DNA of 64,000 nucleotides from Clostridiales bacterium UBA7568 (GCA_002479075.1 DLLG01000020.1:746-64745); one strand, 5' to 3'. Counted from the first letter of the stretch, positions 26,479 through 36,242 are shown. Translations and numbers: made by a program. Notes: generated by a model from the letters alone, not told the origin.

Positions 26479-27930
26479 ATGTCGGATCAAAGAAAAAAAC
26501 GGGCAAAAATCTTTCTTTTGTTTTCCGCCGCCGTGATTGCGGTGACGGTTTTTGTTTCTTGCAGGGATATTTCGGGGCGTATGACGGACACGCAGAGCGT
26601 GCAAACGTTTTCCGGCGGGACGGGGCAGACGGAAGCGACAAGTCGTCTCTTTCCGGCGACAACAGAACCCGAAAAGAACGCGCAGTTTACGTCGCAAGCG
26701 CCCGCAGGGCAAGACGAAACAACAAAAGCCCCGCAGACAACGACAGCAAAAGCCCTGACAACCGAGGAAAAAGAATCCTCCCGCACGGAAAAAATCCCCT
26801 TTGAAACGGAATACGTCTATTCGGACGACGAATATGAGGATTTCCGGCTCGTCTCCGCAAGCGGCAAGGAGGGACTTCTGCGGATAACCGAAAAAAGCAT
26901 TTATGAGGACGGAGTCCTCGTCGGCACGGAGACCGTTGAAAGCGTGATCTCCGAGGCGGAGAATAAGGTCATAATCATCGGCACAAAACCGATATATACA
27001 TATAAGAGCGCAACCGTTGAAAAAGAGATCGGCTTTGAAACCCGCATAATCGAGGACAGCGGTCTTTATGAGGATGAGCGGACAGTCGTTTCGGCGGGAA
27101 AAGCGGGAAAAGCGGTCACGGAATACGAGGTCAAATACGAAAAAGGCGTCGAGATTTCCCGCAGGATAATTTCCGCAAGGATCATCGCGGCAGAGGACGA
27201 GGTTGTGCGCGTCGGAACGACACCCGTTTTTACATACGAAACAGTAACCAGAAAAGAAAACAAGGTCGCTTATACCGTCAGATACGTTTACGACAACACC
27301 CTCCCCGAGGGCGAGCGGAAAACGCTGACAAAGGGCAAGGACGGCTACACGGAAAATACATATAAAATAACCTATGAGCGCGGATTTGAGACGAAGAGCG
27401 AGCTCGTCTCCTCCTCCGTGACGGAGCCCGTCACAGAGGTCATCGCAATCGGCACAAAGAAAAAAGAGGAGACTTTTGCAATGCCGTTCCGGACAGCCGC
27501 TCAGGGCGGCGCAAATTACGGCGTCACCCAGTATTACGGCGGCTCAAACTCGCACGGCGGCATCGACTTCGGCGTTTATTACGGCGCGCCGATAACCGCT
27601 TCAATGAGCGGTACGGTCATTTATGCCTATAACGACGGATATTTTTCAAAATCCGATCTCCGCTGGACATACGGAACGTATGTCGTCATCGATCACGGAA
27701 ACGGCTACCTTACATATTACGCACATTTGAAATCGAAAACGGTATCCGTCGGAGACAGGGTCTCGCAGGGAGATATCATCGGTTACAGCGGAAACACGGG
27801 CAGGGTCAGCCCGTCGCCGACAACGTCAGACCCTTATGCGGGAACGCACCTGCATTTTGAGATAAGGAAATATATTTCGGGTTCATATGTCAGAGTAAAT
27901 CCGAGGGACTACCTGCCGTATTGGAACTGA
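26479..27930 (+). CDS. Secreted G5-repeat protein with C-terminal M23 peptidase domain
   Basis: Signal/TM MSDQRKKRAKIFLLFSAAVIAVTVFVSC. Three G5-like repeats end in V.IIGTKP, VVRVGTTP and VIAIGTKK. M23 motifs HGGIDFG and HLHFEI. Confidence 0.85.
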   Translation: MSDQRKKRAKIFLLFSAAVIAVTVFVSCRDISGRMTDTQSVQTFSGGTGQTEATSRLFPATTEPEKNAQFTSQAPAGQDETTKAPQTTTAKALTTEEKESSRTEKIPFETEYVYSDDEYEDFRLVSASGKEGLLRITEKSIYEDGVLVGTETVESVISEAENKVIIIGTKPIYTYKSATVEKEIGFETRIIEDSGLYEDERTVVSAGKAGKAVTEYEVKYEKGVEISRRIISARIIAAEDEVVRVGTTPVFTYETVTRKENKVAYTVRYVYDNTLPEGERKTLTKGKDGYTENTYKITYERGFETKSELVSSSVTEPVTEVIAIGTKKKEETFAMPFRTAAQGGANYGVTQYYGGSNSHGGIDFGVYYGAPITASMSGTVIYAYNDGYFSKSDLRWTYGTYVVIDHGNGYLTYYAHLKSKTVSVGDRVSQGDIIGYSGNTGRVSPSPTTSDPYAGTHLHFEIRKYISGSYVRVNPRDYLPYWN

Positions 27931-27967
27931 AAAATTTATATAAACATTTCTGAAAGGACTCGCTTTT

Positions 27968-30250
27968 ATGGACAGAACAAAGCAGTACGGTCATTTTTCC
28001 GAAAAAGGAGAAACATTTTTCATAACGGAGCCCGAAACTCCGCGCCATTGGTATAACTATATGTATAACGACGAATACATAACTTTTACCTCGCAGGTCG
28101 GCTACGGAGAAGGCGTCGCGCAGGACGATATGGGCAGGAGAGTGCTTCTTCTTTCAAACAGAAATCTTTTTGTCTGTGAGGACGGAAAATATTTCAGCAT
28201 CTGCGCTTTGCCTATGCACTCCGGCTATACGGACTATCTCTGCGCCCATAAAAACGGTTCGACTGTTATAAGTCAGCAGAAAAACGGAATAAAGAGCGCT
28301 CTGCGGATATTCGTCCCCTGCGAAGGAATGCACGAGGTATGGAGCGTAACGCTTGAAAACGTATCGGATAAAGAGAGACATCTTTCGCTTGTTTCTTATG
28401 CAAAAACAGAGGTTGACGGAACGTATCGCCCGCAGGGATATAACACCTGCATCGGCGGCGGAGACGAAGATAAAAACGCCGTCTGGGGACGGTTTTATAC
28501 GGAATTCTATCCCGATCCCGACCTTCCCCGAAACCGCGAGATGTTCGCTTTTATGGCATCGAGCGACAAAATTTCCGGCTTTGATTCAAGGCGCAACGCG
28601 TTCATAGGGCCTTACGGCGACGAGCAGCACCCCACCGCGCTTGAAAAGGGGCTGAAATGCCAGAACACCGATTGCAATTCCGAAAAGCTCTGCCTTGTTC
28701 TTCAGAACGACGTAACCCTCCTCCCCGGCGAGAAAAAGACGGTTCATATAACCGTCGGCGTAGCTTATGACAGAGGAGAAATCCGCGCCCTTTCCGCAGA
28801 GGAAACGGAAAAGGAATTTGCCCGTATGGAGGCAAAATATGCGGAGAGACTCCGCGGCGTTGAGATAAAAACCCCCTGGGGCGACTATGACAAGCTCATA
28901 AACGGCTGGATGAAATACGCGGCGGATATGGGCAGCAGATGGGCAAGGGTCCGTCACAACGGTTACAGAGACCTGACAAGCGATGCGGAATGTCTCGCCT
29001 GCGTAAATCCCCGTCTCGCCTGGGAAAGACTGAAAAGAATTCTCACATATCAGTATGACAACGGTTATGCGCCGAGAACGATAATCGACGGCGCCGTGCG
29101 TGACAGAAAATTTGCGGATAACACCGTCTGGATGACGTTTGCCGCAGACACGATAATAAAAGAGCTGGGCGATATAAACCTCTTGAATGAAGAAGTCGCC
29201 TTCAATAACGGCTCCGTTGCGAGCGTATATGAGCACCTCCGTCGCTCTGTTGACTTCCTCTGGAATTTCACAGGGCTCTACGGTCTCGTCCGCATATGGG
29301 GCGGCGACTGGAACGACTGCGTAAACTATGCCGGGCTCGAAGGCAAGGGCGTTTCCGTATGGCTTACGCTTGCGTGGTACAGAGCGAATGCCGCCTTCGG
29401 GAGAATTGCAAAGGCTATGGGCAGAGACGACGACGCAAAAACCGCCGCCGAAAGAGGCGAGATAATGCGTGAGCGTATCGATAAATACGGCTGGGACGGC
29501 GAATATTATATCTACGCCCGCACAGACGACGATATAGTTATGGGCTCGAAGGACTGCGAGGAGGGCAAGATATTCCTCATTTCGCAGCTCTGGGCTGTGC
29601 TTTCCGGCGCCGCAAAGGACGGCAAGGACAGAATTGCTATGGAAAGTGCGGACAGGTTGCTTGAAACAAAGCTCGGCACCCGCCTTGCATATCCCGCATA
29701 TTCGCATCAGTATTCATATATAGGCTCAATGGCGGAAAAGGCACCCGGCGTTCAGGATAACGGCGGCATTTATCTGCACCCATCAGCCTGGAAGCTGGCG
29801 GCGGACAGTATGCTTCATAGACCGGATAAGGTTGAAGAGGGGCTGAAAAAGATACTCGTTTCAAATACGGAATACGAAACAAAATGCGGCGAACCCTATG
29901 CGCTTTATAACTCATATTTTGCCCCCGAAACGGGCTATCGTTACGCAACGCCCGGGCAGAGCTGGAGAACGGCGGCGAGCTCGTGGCTCCTCAAGAGCAC
30001 CGTCGAATATATATTCGGTCTGCACCCGGAGCTTGAAGGGCTGCGTATCGAGCCTTGTCTGCCGCTTTCCTGGAAAGAATGTTCGATAAAGAAGATTTTC
30101 CGCGGCTGCGAATACGATATAAAATTCGTCTGCTCCGGAAAGAGCGATAAGGTCAGCAGAATAGAGCTGGACGGCAGAGAAATCAGACCGGAAGGAAACA
30201 TCATCGCGCCGAAGGGCGAAAAAATGAATCTTACCGTTTATATAGGCTAA
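27968..30250 (+). CDS. GH94-like glycoside phosphorylase (cellobiose/chitobiose phosphorylase family)
   Basis: N-terminus YGHFSEKGETFFITEPETPRHWYNYM matches the family N-terminus. 760 aa, no signal peptide. Confidence 0.7.
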   Translation: MDRTKQYGHFSEKGETFFITEPETPRHWYNYMYNDEYITFTSQVGYGEGVAQDDMGRRVLLLSNRNLFVCEDGKYFSICALPMHSGYTDYLCAHKNGSTVISQQKNGIKSALRIFVPCEGMHEVWSVTLENVSDKERHLSLVSYAKTEVDGTYRPQGYNTCIGGGDEDKNAVWGRFYTEFYPDPDLPRNREMFAFMASSDKISGFDSRRNAFIGPYGDEQHPTALEKGLKCQNTDCNSEKLCLVLQNDVTLLPGEKKTVHITVGVAYDRGEIRALSAEETEKEFARMEAKYAERLRGVEIKTPWGDYDKLINGWMKYAADMGSRWARVRHNGYRDLTSDAECLACVNPRLAWERLKRILTYQYDNGYAPRTIIDGAVRDRKFADNTVWMTFAADTIIKELGDINLLNEEVAFNNGSVASVYEHLRRSVDFLWNFTGLYGLVRIWGGDWNDCVNYAGLEGKGVSVWLTLAWYRANAAFGRIAKAMGRDDDAKTAAERGEIMRERIDKYGWDGEYYIYARTDDDIVMGSKDCEEGKIFLISQLWAVLSGAAKDGKDRIAMESADRLLETKLGTRLAYPAYSHQYSYIGSMAEKAPGVQDNGGIYLHPSAWKLAADSMLHRPDKVEEGLKKILVSNTEYETKCGEPYALYNSYFAPETGYRYATPGQSWRTAASSWLLKSTVEYIFGLHPELEGLRIEPCLPLSWKECSIKKIFRGCEYDIKFVCSGKSDKVSRIELDGREIRPEGNIIAPKGEKMNLTVYIG

Positions 30251-30255
30251 ACAGA

Positions 30256-30284
30256 AAACGCACCCGGATCGGGTGCGTTTTTGT
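30256..30284. terminator. Bidirectional terminator
   Basis: aaacgcaccc ggatc gggtgcgttt plus T-run. Confidence 0.8.
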
Positions 30285-30285
30285 T

Positions 30286-32127
30286 TCAGCTCAATATGTT
30301 TTTTGTCGCGTCTTCTTCGTACTGGCGGGTATAAAGGTTGTAATAATGTCCTTTCCGCTTCATAAGAGAGGAGTGTGTTCCCTGTTCGACGATCTTTCCG
30401 TCGCTTACAACCAGAATAACGTCTGCGTCGCGGACGGTTGAGAGTCTGTGTGCAATCATAATCGACGTTCTGCCCGCGATGACCTCTTTTATCGCCTGCT
30501 GAATGTTCTGCTCGGTGAGCGTGTCGATCGATGCCGTCGCCTCGTCAAGAACGAGAATTTTCGGGTCTGCGACTATCGCGCGGGCAAAGGAGATGAGCTG
30601 TTTTTCGCCGGTTGAGAGAAGGTCGCCTCCCTCGCCGACGTTGGTGTCAAGTCCCTTTTCCGCCTTTGCAACGATTCCGTCCGCCGAAACTCTGCGAAGC
30701 GCGGCGTTGATCTCTTCAATCGTTGCGTCGGGCTTGCCGTAGCGCAGGTTTTCAAGTATCGTGCCGGAGAAGAGATGCGGCGTTTGGAGAACGTAACCGA
30801 TGTTGCTGTGAAGCCAGAGCTGGCTTCTTTCTCTTGCGTCTCTGCCGTCGATGAGAACCTGACCTGAGGTCGGCTCGTAGAAGCGGCAGACAAGGTTTAC
30901 AAGGGTCGATTTCCCCGCTCCCGTCTCGCCGACGATTGCTATATTCGAGCCCTGCGGAATCTTCAGATTGAAATGCTCAAGAATGTATTCGTCGCCGTCC
31001 GGATATTTAAAGGATACGTTGCGGAATTCTATGTCTCCGTGCAGCTCCTCCCAGTTTTCTTTTTTCGGAGAGAAGGTGTCGCCGTATTTTTCAATGACCT
31101 CCGGCGTGTCCGTAACGTCCGATTTTGTTTCAAGGAGCTTTGTCAGTCTCTCAATGTTTACCTGCTCGCGGACAAGATCCGATATCATATCGACTATCCA
31201 GCGTATCGGCTCGATTATTCCGAGCGCAAACGACATAAACAGCGAAAGCGTTCCGACGTCCATATAGCCGATTGCGTCGTTGCCGATGAGCGAAAGCTCG
31301 CCGCCCTTCCAGACGACTATCGCAAGCGCAATTGCCGAGGCAAAGCCGATCATTGCGGCAAGAATCGAGCGGTAACGCTGAGCCATTATGGAGCTGCGGC
31401 GCATTTCCTTCGTCTCGCGGACAAAATCCCTTTCGACCTTATCCTCAATAACAAGAGTTTTAACTGTTTTTGCGCCCGTAATGCCCTCGTTGAAGTTGCC
31501 GGTTATTTTTGAGTTTACTTCTCTTATGTGCCTGTTCTCATTTACGAGCTTCTTCTGGAAGATCGCAAAAAGAACCGTTATAAGCGGGATGACGGCGAGT
31601 ATCAGCAGCGTCAGCTTTACATTCATCGAAAGCATAACGACAACAACGCCGATCAGATACGAAAAGTTCCATACCCCCTGCATAATTACCCAGGAGCAAA
31701 GCTCGCCTATGCGCGCCGTATCGCTCATAACTCTTGAATGAATATAGCCGACGCTGTTCTGATTGAAATATGAAAACGAGAGCGTCTGCAAATGGTCAAA
31801 GCTGAGCTTACGAAGGTCACGCAGAACGGAAAGCTCAACCCTTCCCGAAAGGAAGGAGGAGGTAAAATCCGTTGCGATTTTCCCGAGGAGCGTCAGCACG
31901 TAGAGCAAAATGAACGGGACGAGCGTTGCCATAAACACCCCGTCTTCAAGATGATTCAATGCGTATCTCTGGAAGAAAGGAATCGCTATATCGCCTACCG
32001 ACGCAAGCACGCCGCAGATGACCATTGTGATTATCCACGCGCGATATTTTTTGATATATTTAAAGACCTTCGGCAGTCCGAAAAAAGGGAGCGAAACATA
32101 TTGTTCTTTGTTGTTTGCCTTGTTCAT
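30286..32127 (-). CDS. ABC exporter half-transporter, consensus Walker B but degenerate signature (heterodimer partner 2)
   Basis: GETGAGKST, signature LSTGEKQL, Walker B ILVLDEATASID. ATGA overlap with the upstream partner. Confidence 0.9.
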   Translation of the reverse strand: MNKANNKEQYVSLPFFGLPKVFKYIKKYRAWIITMVICGVLASVGDIAIPFFQRYALNHLEDGVFMATLVPFILLYVLTLLGKIATDFTSSFLSGRVELSVLRDLRKLSFDHLQTLSFSYFNQNSVGYIHSRVMSDTARIGELCSWVIMQGVWNFSYLIGVVVVMLSMNVKLTLLILAVIPLITVLFAIFQKKLVNENRHIREVNSKITGNFNEGITGAKTVKTLVIEDKVERDFVRETKEMRRSSIMAQRYRSILAAMIGFASAIALAIVVWKGGELSLIGNDAIGYMDVGTLSLFMSFALGIIEPIRWIVDMISDLVREQVNIERLTKLLETKSDVTDTPEVIEKYGDTFSPKKENWEELHGDIEFRNVSFKYPDGDEYILEHFNLKIPQGSNIAIVGETGAGKSTLVNLVCRFYEPTSGQVLIDGRDARERSQLWLHSNIGYVLQTPHLFSGTILENLRYGKPDATIEEINAALRRVSADGIVAKAEKGLDTNVGEGGDLLSTGEKQLISFARAIVADPKILVLDEATASIDTLTEQNIQQAIKEVIAGRTSIMIAHRLSTVRDADVILVVSDGKIVEQGTHSSLMKRKGHYYNLYTRQYEEDATKNILS

Positions 32128-33965
32128 ACGGCTTCGTCCGCTCCTTTCGTCTGAATATCGTATATCTGCTTATAAAGTCCGTCCCCGGCGATCAGCTCGT
32201 CGTGCGTGCCCTCCTCTGCAACCCTGCCCTTATCGAGCACGATTATCTTCTCCGCCTGCATAAGAGTCGTTATACGATGGGAAATGAGGATGACGGTCGC
32301 CCCGCCGAGATTTTCCGAAAGCGCGCGACGGATTTTGCTGTCCGTCTCCGTATCGACGGCGGAAAGCGAATCGTCAAAGACCATAATCGGCGTTCTCTGA
32401 ACGATAAGTCTTGCAATCGCCGCTCGCTGCTTCTGCCCGCCGGAAAGCGTTACGCCTCTTTCGCCGACGAAAGTGTCATAGCCCTTTGAAAACGAGGTGA
32501 CGGTATCGTCAAGGCAGGCGATTCTTGCCGCCTCTCGGATTTCGGAAAGCCCGATGTTTTCTTTCGTTATACCGACGTTCTCCGCAATCGATTTTGAGAA
32601 GAGGAACGGCTCCTGAAGCACCATCCCGACGTTTTCTCTGACCCAATCGGCTTTCATATCGGCGATGTCAACCCCGCCGACGGTTATTTTTCCGCACCCT
32701 TCGGGGATGTCATAGAGTCTGTCCAGCAGGTACATAAGGGTGGACTTTCCGGAGCCCGTTCCGCCGAGAATACCGAGCGTCGTTCCGGCTTTTATGCTGA
32801 AATTTATATCGGAAAGTATTTCGGGGCAGCCTTCGTAAGCGAAGCTGACGTGATCAAATACGATGTCCCCGTGCATATCGGGCGTAACAGCGTCCGGCTT
32901 GTCGTGCTCCTCCTCTGCGGACATTATCTGATATATACGTCCGAGGGAAACTCCCGTCTTGCTCATTTCGGAGATCATTCGTCCGAGCTGACGTATCGGC
33001 CACATAAGCATTGCGTTATATGAGATGAACGCTATGTATTTGCCCGCCGTCATACCGTCGCCCTTTACGCACATAACCGCGCCGATAATAACGATACACA
33101 TAACCCATACGCCGGAGAGCAGATCCGAGGTTGACCAGAATATCGAAAATGTCTTATGCAGACCGACCCAAAGACCGGTATAATATTCGTTCTGCTTTGT
33201 AAATTTTTCTCTTTCGTAGCTCTCTCTGCCGAACGCGCGGACAACGCGCACACCCGTCAGATTTTCCTGCGCAATTGCGGAGAGAATACCCTCGTTTTCG
33301 TCGCAGACCTCAAACCTCTTTCCGATCTTCCTGTGAAACAGGGCGGAATAGCCGATGATGAACGGCATAAACGCAACCGCAACAAGCGCGAGCCTGACAT
33401 TCATCGAGAACATAAAATAAAGAGAGAGCACCAGCATTATGATTATCCTGAAAACGGAGGTCAGCTGGTCGGAGAGGAAGCGCTTGACGTTATCGACATC
33501 TGACGTGCATCTCTGAATAATGTCGCCCGTCTGATTTTTCATATGCCAGGAAAACGGGAGACGATCGATATGGGTAAAGATGCTGTCGCGCATATTTTTG
33601 ACAAGAGTCTCCGCGCCCTTTGTGTTGAAAACGCGGTTGCAATACTGAAACATTGCCGTCAGAAGTCCGAGGGCAACGAGCAACAGCGCAATGTAATAAA
33701 GATGGCTGCGGAAGAACTCAAACCCACCGAGAGAATCTATAAGCGACAGCGCCCATTCCGGCAGCTCTGCGGGCTCGCTTCCGAGCACATTGTCAACCGT
33801 CACGCTTATTATCTTCGGGCTGAGCGTATCGAGCAGGGCGAGGAGTAGGGCCGCAACTATGCTTATTATAAAGTATCCCGTGCCGCCGCGCATAAAGCCG
33901 AGGGTCATCTTCAGCTTTCCCCGCTTTTCCTCTCTCGTCTGTTTTCTTTTTTTAACCTGATTCAT
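32124..33965 (-). CDS. ABC exporter half-transporter, degenerate Walker B (heterodimer partner 1)
   Basis: GGTGSGKST, signature LSGGQKQR, Walker B IMVFDDSLSAVD (catalytic Glu replaced by Asp). Confidence 0.9.
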   Translation of the reverse strand: MNQVKKRKQTREEKRGKLKMTLGFMRGGTGYFIISIVAALLLALLDTLSPKIISVTVDNVLGSEPAELPEWALSLIDSLGGFEFFRSHLYYIALLLVALGLLTAMFQYCNRVFNTKGAETLVKNMRDSIFTHIDRLPFSWHMKNQTGDIIQRCTSDVDNVKRFLSDQLTSVFRIIIMLVLSLYFMFSMNVRLALVAVAFMPFIIGYSALFHRKIGKRFEVCDENEGILSAIAQENLTGVRVVRAFGRESYEREKFTKQNEYYTGLWVGLHKTFSIFWSTSDLLSGVWVMCIVIIGAVMCVKGDGMTAGKYIAFISYNAMLMWPIRQLGRMISEMSKTGVSLGRIYQIMSAEEEHDKPDAVTPDMHGDIVFDHVSFAYEGCPEILSDINFSIKAGTTLGILGGTGSGKSTLMYLLDRLYDIPEGCGKITVGGVDIADMKADWVRENVGMVLQEPFLFSKSIAENVGITKENIGLSEIREAARIACLDDTVTSFSKGYDTFVGERGVTLSGGQKQRAAIARLIVQRTPIMVFDDSLSAVDTETDSKIRRALSENLGGATVILISHRITTLMQAEKIIVLDKGRVAEEGTHDELIAGDGLYKQIYDIQTKGADEAV

Positions 33966-34007
33966 AATAATTCACCTTGCAAATACATTGTCGTTTTGTT
34001 TCTTATG

Positions 34008-34040
34008 GGAAAGAAAAAGGCGCAGCCGAAGGGCCGCGCC
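34008..34040 (-). terminator. Leader terminator/attenuator hairpin upstream of the ABC exporter pair
   Basis: Reverse strand reads ggcgcggcc cttc ggctgcgcc (9-bp stem, one G-U pair), followed by tttttctttccc. It lies between the leader ORF and the ABC start codon. Confidence 0.6.
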
Positions 34041-34062
34041 GAAACCGCGCAAAGATATGCTT

Positions 34063-34131
34063 TCAGATCAATCCGAAGGCGCTTATCATTCCCTTTGACA
34101 TAAATTCCTTTTTCAATTCTGATTTGTTCAT
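34063..34131 (-). CDS. 22-aa leader peptide ORF (MNKSELKKEFMSKGMISAFGLI)
   Basis: Strong SD GGAGGTG 6 nt before the ATG. Located between a consensus promoter and the terminator hairpin. Not in the ORF track. Confidence 0.5.
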   Translation of the reverse strand: MNKSELKKEFMSKGMISAFGLI

Positions 34132-34181
34132 AACAGCACCTCCTTCTTTCTTTGATTTTTACGGCAAAAGCCGCAGTTGCT

Positions 34182-34210
34182 ATTGTAATACTCCGGTCAG
34201 GATTTGTCAA
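34182..34210 (-). promoter_or_regulatory. Sigma-A-type promoter of the leader and ABC operon
   Basis: Reverse strand TTGACA (34210-05), 17 nt, TACAAT (34187-82). Confidence 0.6.
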
Positions 34211-34250
34211 TAAAAACGGCGATTTTGAAACACAACTGTAACAAAACGGC

Positions 34251-35024
34251 TCAAAAACACGAAATTTCGCATCCCGCAGAGGATATTTCCGTCCGCACCT
34301 GAGGAAAAGCGTCCGAAAGAATTTTCCCCGCAGACGTCACAAACGGCAGAAATTCCGTATGATAATGACCTGCGTCGATAACGCAGAGCCCCCTGTCCGA
34401 AGCCTCGATTGCGGCGTTATAGCCGGAGGCGCCCGTCAGAAAAGCGTCGGCTCCCGCTTTCATCGCCGCAGGGATAAAGCTCTTTCCGTCGCCGCCGCAT
34501 ATTGCGACGGTCTCTATCGTCTTTCCCGTGTCCCCGCAGGCAACACAGGGGCAACCGAGAGCGGATTTTATTCTTTTGCAGAAATCCATAACGGTCGTTT
34601 TCTCCGTTTTGCAGAGCCTGCCGCACATCTCTCCTTCTTCGCCGAACGGCGAGACGACGCAAAGCCCGAGGAGCGAAGCAAGCGTATCGTTTATGCCGCC
34701 CTCGCCCGCGTCAAAGCGCGTGTGCAGACTGATAACGGAAACTCCCGCCGAAAACAGCTTCATCGGAACGGCAGCTCCCGCGGCTTCCTCGGAAAGCTGA
34801 CGGAGCGGGCGGAATATCAGCGGATGATGGGAGATGATGAGGTCGTATCCGCCTTGTATCGCCTCCTCTGCAACCTTTTGCGTCACATCCAGCGCAAGCA
34901 ATATCTTTTTGACCTCTTTTGAAGAATCCGGGCAGACCATAAGCCCGTCGTTATCCCAGCTGCACGAAAGCGAGCGGGGGAAAAGCCGATCCAGATGAGA
35001 ATATATTTGTTTTACGTCAGTCAT
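34251..35024 (-). CDS. Nif3-like dinuclear metal centre protein (YqfO/GTP cyclohydrolase I type 2 family)
   Basis: WDNDGL, DLIISHHPLIF and GHYHTE motifs. Conserved pairing with trmK. Confidence 0.88.
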   Translation of the reverse strand: MTDVKQIYSHLDRLFPRSLSCSWDNDGLMVCPDSSKEVKKILLALDVTQKVAEEAIQGGYDLIISHHPLIFRPLRQLSEEAAGAAVPMKLFSAGVSVISLHTRFDAGEGGINDTLASLLGLCVVSPFGEEGEMCGRLCKTEKTTVMDFCKRIKSALGCPCVACGDTGKTIETVAICGGDGKSFIPAAMKAGADAFLTGASGYNAAIEASDRGLCVIDAGHYHTEFLPFVTSAGKILSDAFPQVRTEISSAGCEISCF

Positions 35025-35703
35025 TGCACAAAATCTCCTTTTTCATTTCGTCGATTTCTTTATAAAGCTCCGCCGCACCGGCGTCTCTTCCCGCCTCGGC
35101 TTTCTTTTTAAGCGTCGCGAGGAGCCGCTCGTAATGCTCTGAGCAGAGTGCGGCGTTTTCCTTTTTGTATGTTTCTTCAAACCTTCCCGCATATATCTCC
35201 GCGGGCGAATAATTGCCCTTTTTCCCCGTATAACGCACGGAAAGAACAATGTATACCCTGCCGTCCGCTTTCGCTAGCCGTTCTTCGGCTATTTCAAAAC
35301 CGTTTTCGCAGAGATATTCACGCAGGATGTGCGCGTGGGTCATCGGCTGAAGAATCAGGTGCGACCGCCGCGCAACGTAGGAATCCGAAATTATATCCCT
35401 TATCATTATCCCGCCCATTCCGGCAATCGAAATGTCCGAGGGGGAAAACCCGTCCATACCGCAAAGACCGGGGGTAAGCACCGTACTGATTTTTCCGGAG
35501 AGTCCGTGCTCCGATATGTTTCTTCCCGCATTTTCAAGCGGGTCTTTTCTTATGTCGGACGCTATTGCGGAATCGAGCTTTCCGGCAAGGCAGAGGTATA
35601 TCGGCAGGATGGCGTGATCCGTGCCGACGTCGATCAGAAACCTGCCGCAGACAAGCTCTGCGACGGCGGAAAGGCGGGCGTCCGGCTTAAAGAATTTTGT
35701 CAT
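35017..35703 (-). CDS. trmK: tRNA (adenine22-N1)-methyltransferase TrmK
   Basis: DVGTDHAILPIYL and IAGMGG motifs. 8-nt overlap with the nif3-like gene. Confidence 0.88.
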   Translation of the reverse strand: MTKFFKPDARLSAVAELVCGRFLIDVGTDHAILPIYLCLAGKLDSAIASDIRKDPLENAGRNISEHGLSGKISTVLTPGLCGMDGFSPSDISIAGMGGIMIRDIISDSYVARRSHLILQPMTHAHILREYLCENGFEIAEERLAKADGRVYIVLSVRYTGKKGNYSPAEIYAGRFEETYKKENAALCSEHYERLLATLKKKAEAGRDAGAAELYKEIDEMKKEILCND

Positions 35704-35769
35704 AATTCTCCTTTATAAAATTTTCCCCCGAGCCTTTCGGGATTCGGGGGAAAACTTCTGATTTTCTGA

Positions 35770-35973
35770 TTATTTCTTGTTTGCAACAGCCGCATTGAGC
35801 TTCTTTACAAGCTCGTCTGCGTCGGTTCCGTGAACGGCGCAAGCCTGCTCGATCGTTTCGCCTCTGGACATCGGGCAACCGAGGCAATGCATACCGATCT
35901 CAAAGAAAAACTCTGCCGTTTCGGGAGCGAAATCAAGAACGTCGCCGATGACGGACTGCTTTGTAATTTCCAT
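35770..35973 (-). CDS. DUF1858-type small protein (hybrid-cluster-protein-associated redox disulfide domain)
   Basis: 67 aa, with GMHCLGCP motif and ETIEQACAVHG. Confidence 0.75.
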   Translation of the reverse strand: MEITKQSVIGDVLDFAPETAEFFFEIGMHCLGCPMSRGETIEQACAVHGTDADELVKKLNAAVANKK

Positions 35974-36213
35974 AATAAATACCTCCGCAATTATTTTTGC
36001 GATTTAATTATATAGCCATATCCGCTTTTTGTCAATAGAGCGGGGCAAAACAAAGGTATTTTTCCCCGCTCGGACGACTGTTATGTTTCCGGAAGCGAAA
36101 AATCGGCTTTTCGGGCTGAAAACGGCGGAATAGAACGAGATTATGTAAAAAATTCACAAATATAAATTATCTTTTTCTGCCAATATGCCGAATGTCAAAA
36201 AATCAAATTTGTC

Positions 36214-36242
36214 TTGATAATTTCTCACAAAAGTTATATAAT
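36214..36242 (+). promoter_or_regulatory. Sigma-A-type promoter of the EF-G-like gene
   Basis: TTGATA, 17 nt, TATAAT. Confidence 0.5.

Noticed and set aside
33962-34210. 82-aa reverse-strand ORF with an ATGA overlap to the first ABC gene. I considered it as a long bmrB-like leader peptide.
   Set aside because: Its start codon is the TTG of the TTGACA -35 element, so it would lie upstream of the predicted transcription start, and it has no SD. The 22-codon ORF in another frame has a strong SD and fits the attenuator geometry better.
36040-36073. 8-bp GC-rich hairpin (gagcgggg...ccccgctc) in the divergent region between the DUF1858 gene and the EF-G-like gene.
   Set aside because: It lies upstream of the predicted EF-G-like promoter and outside either predicted transcript. 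It has no U-run and no repeat partner, so there is not enough evidence to call it an operator or RNA element.
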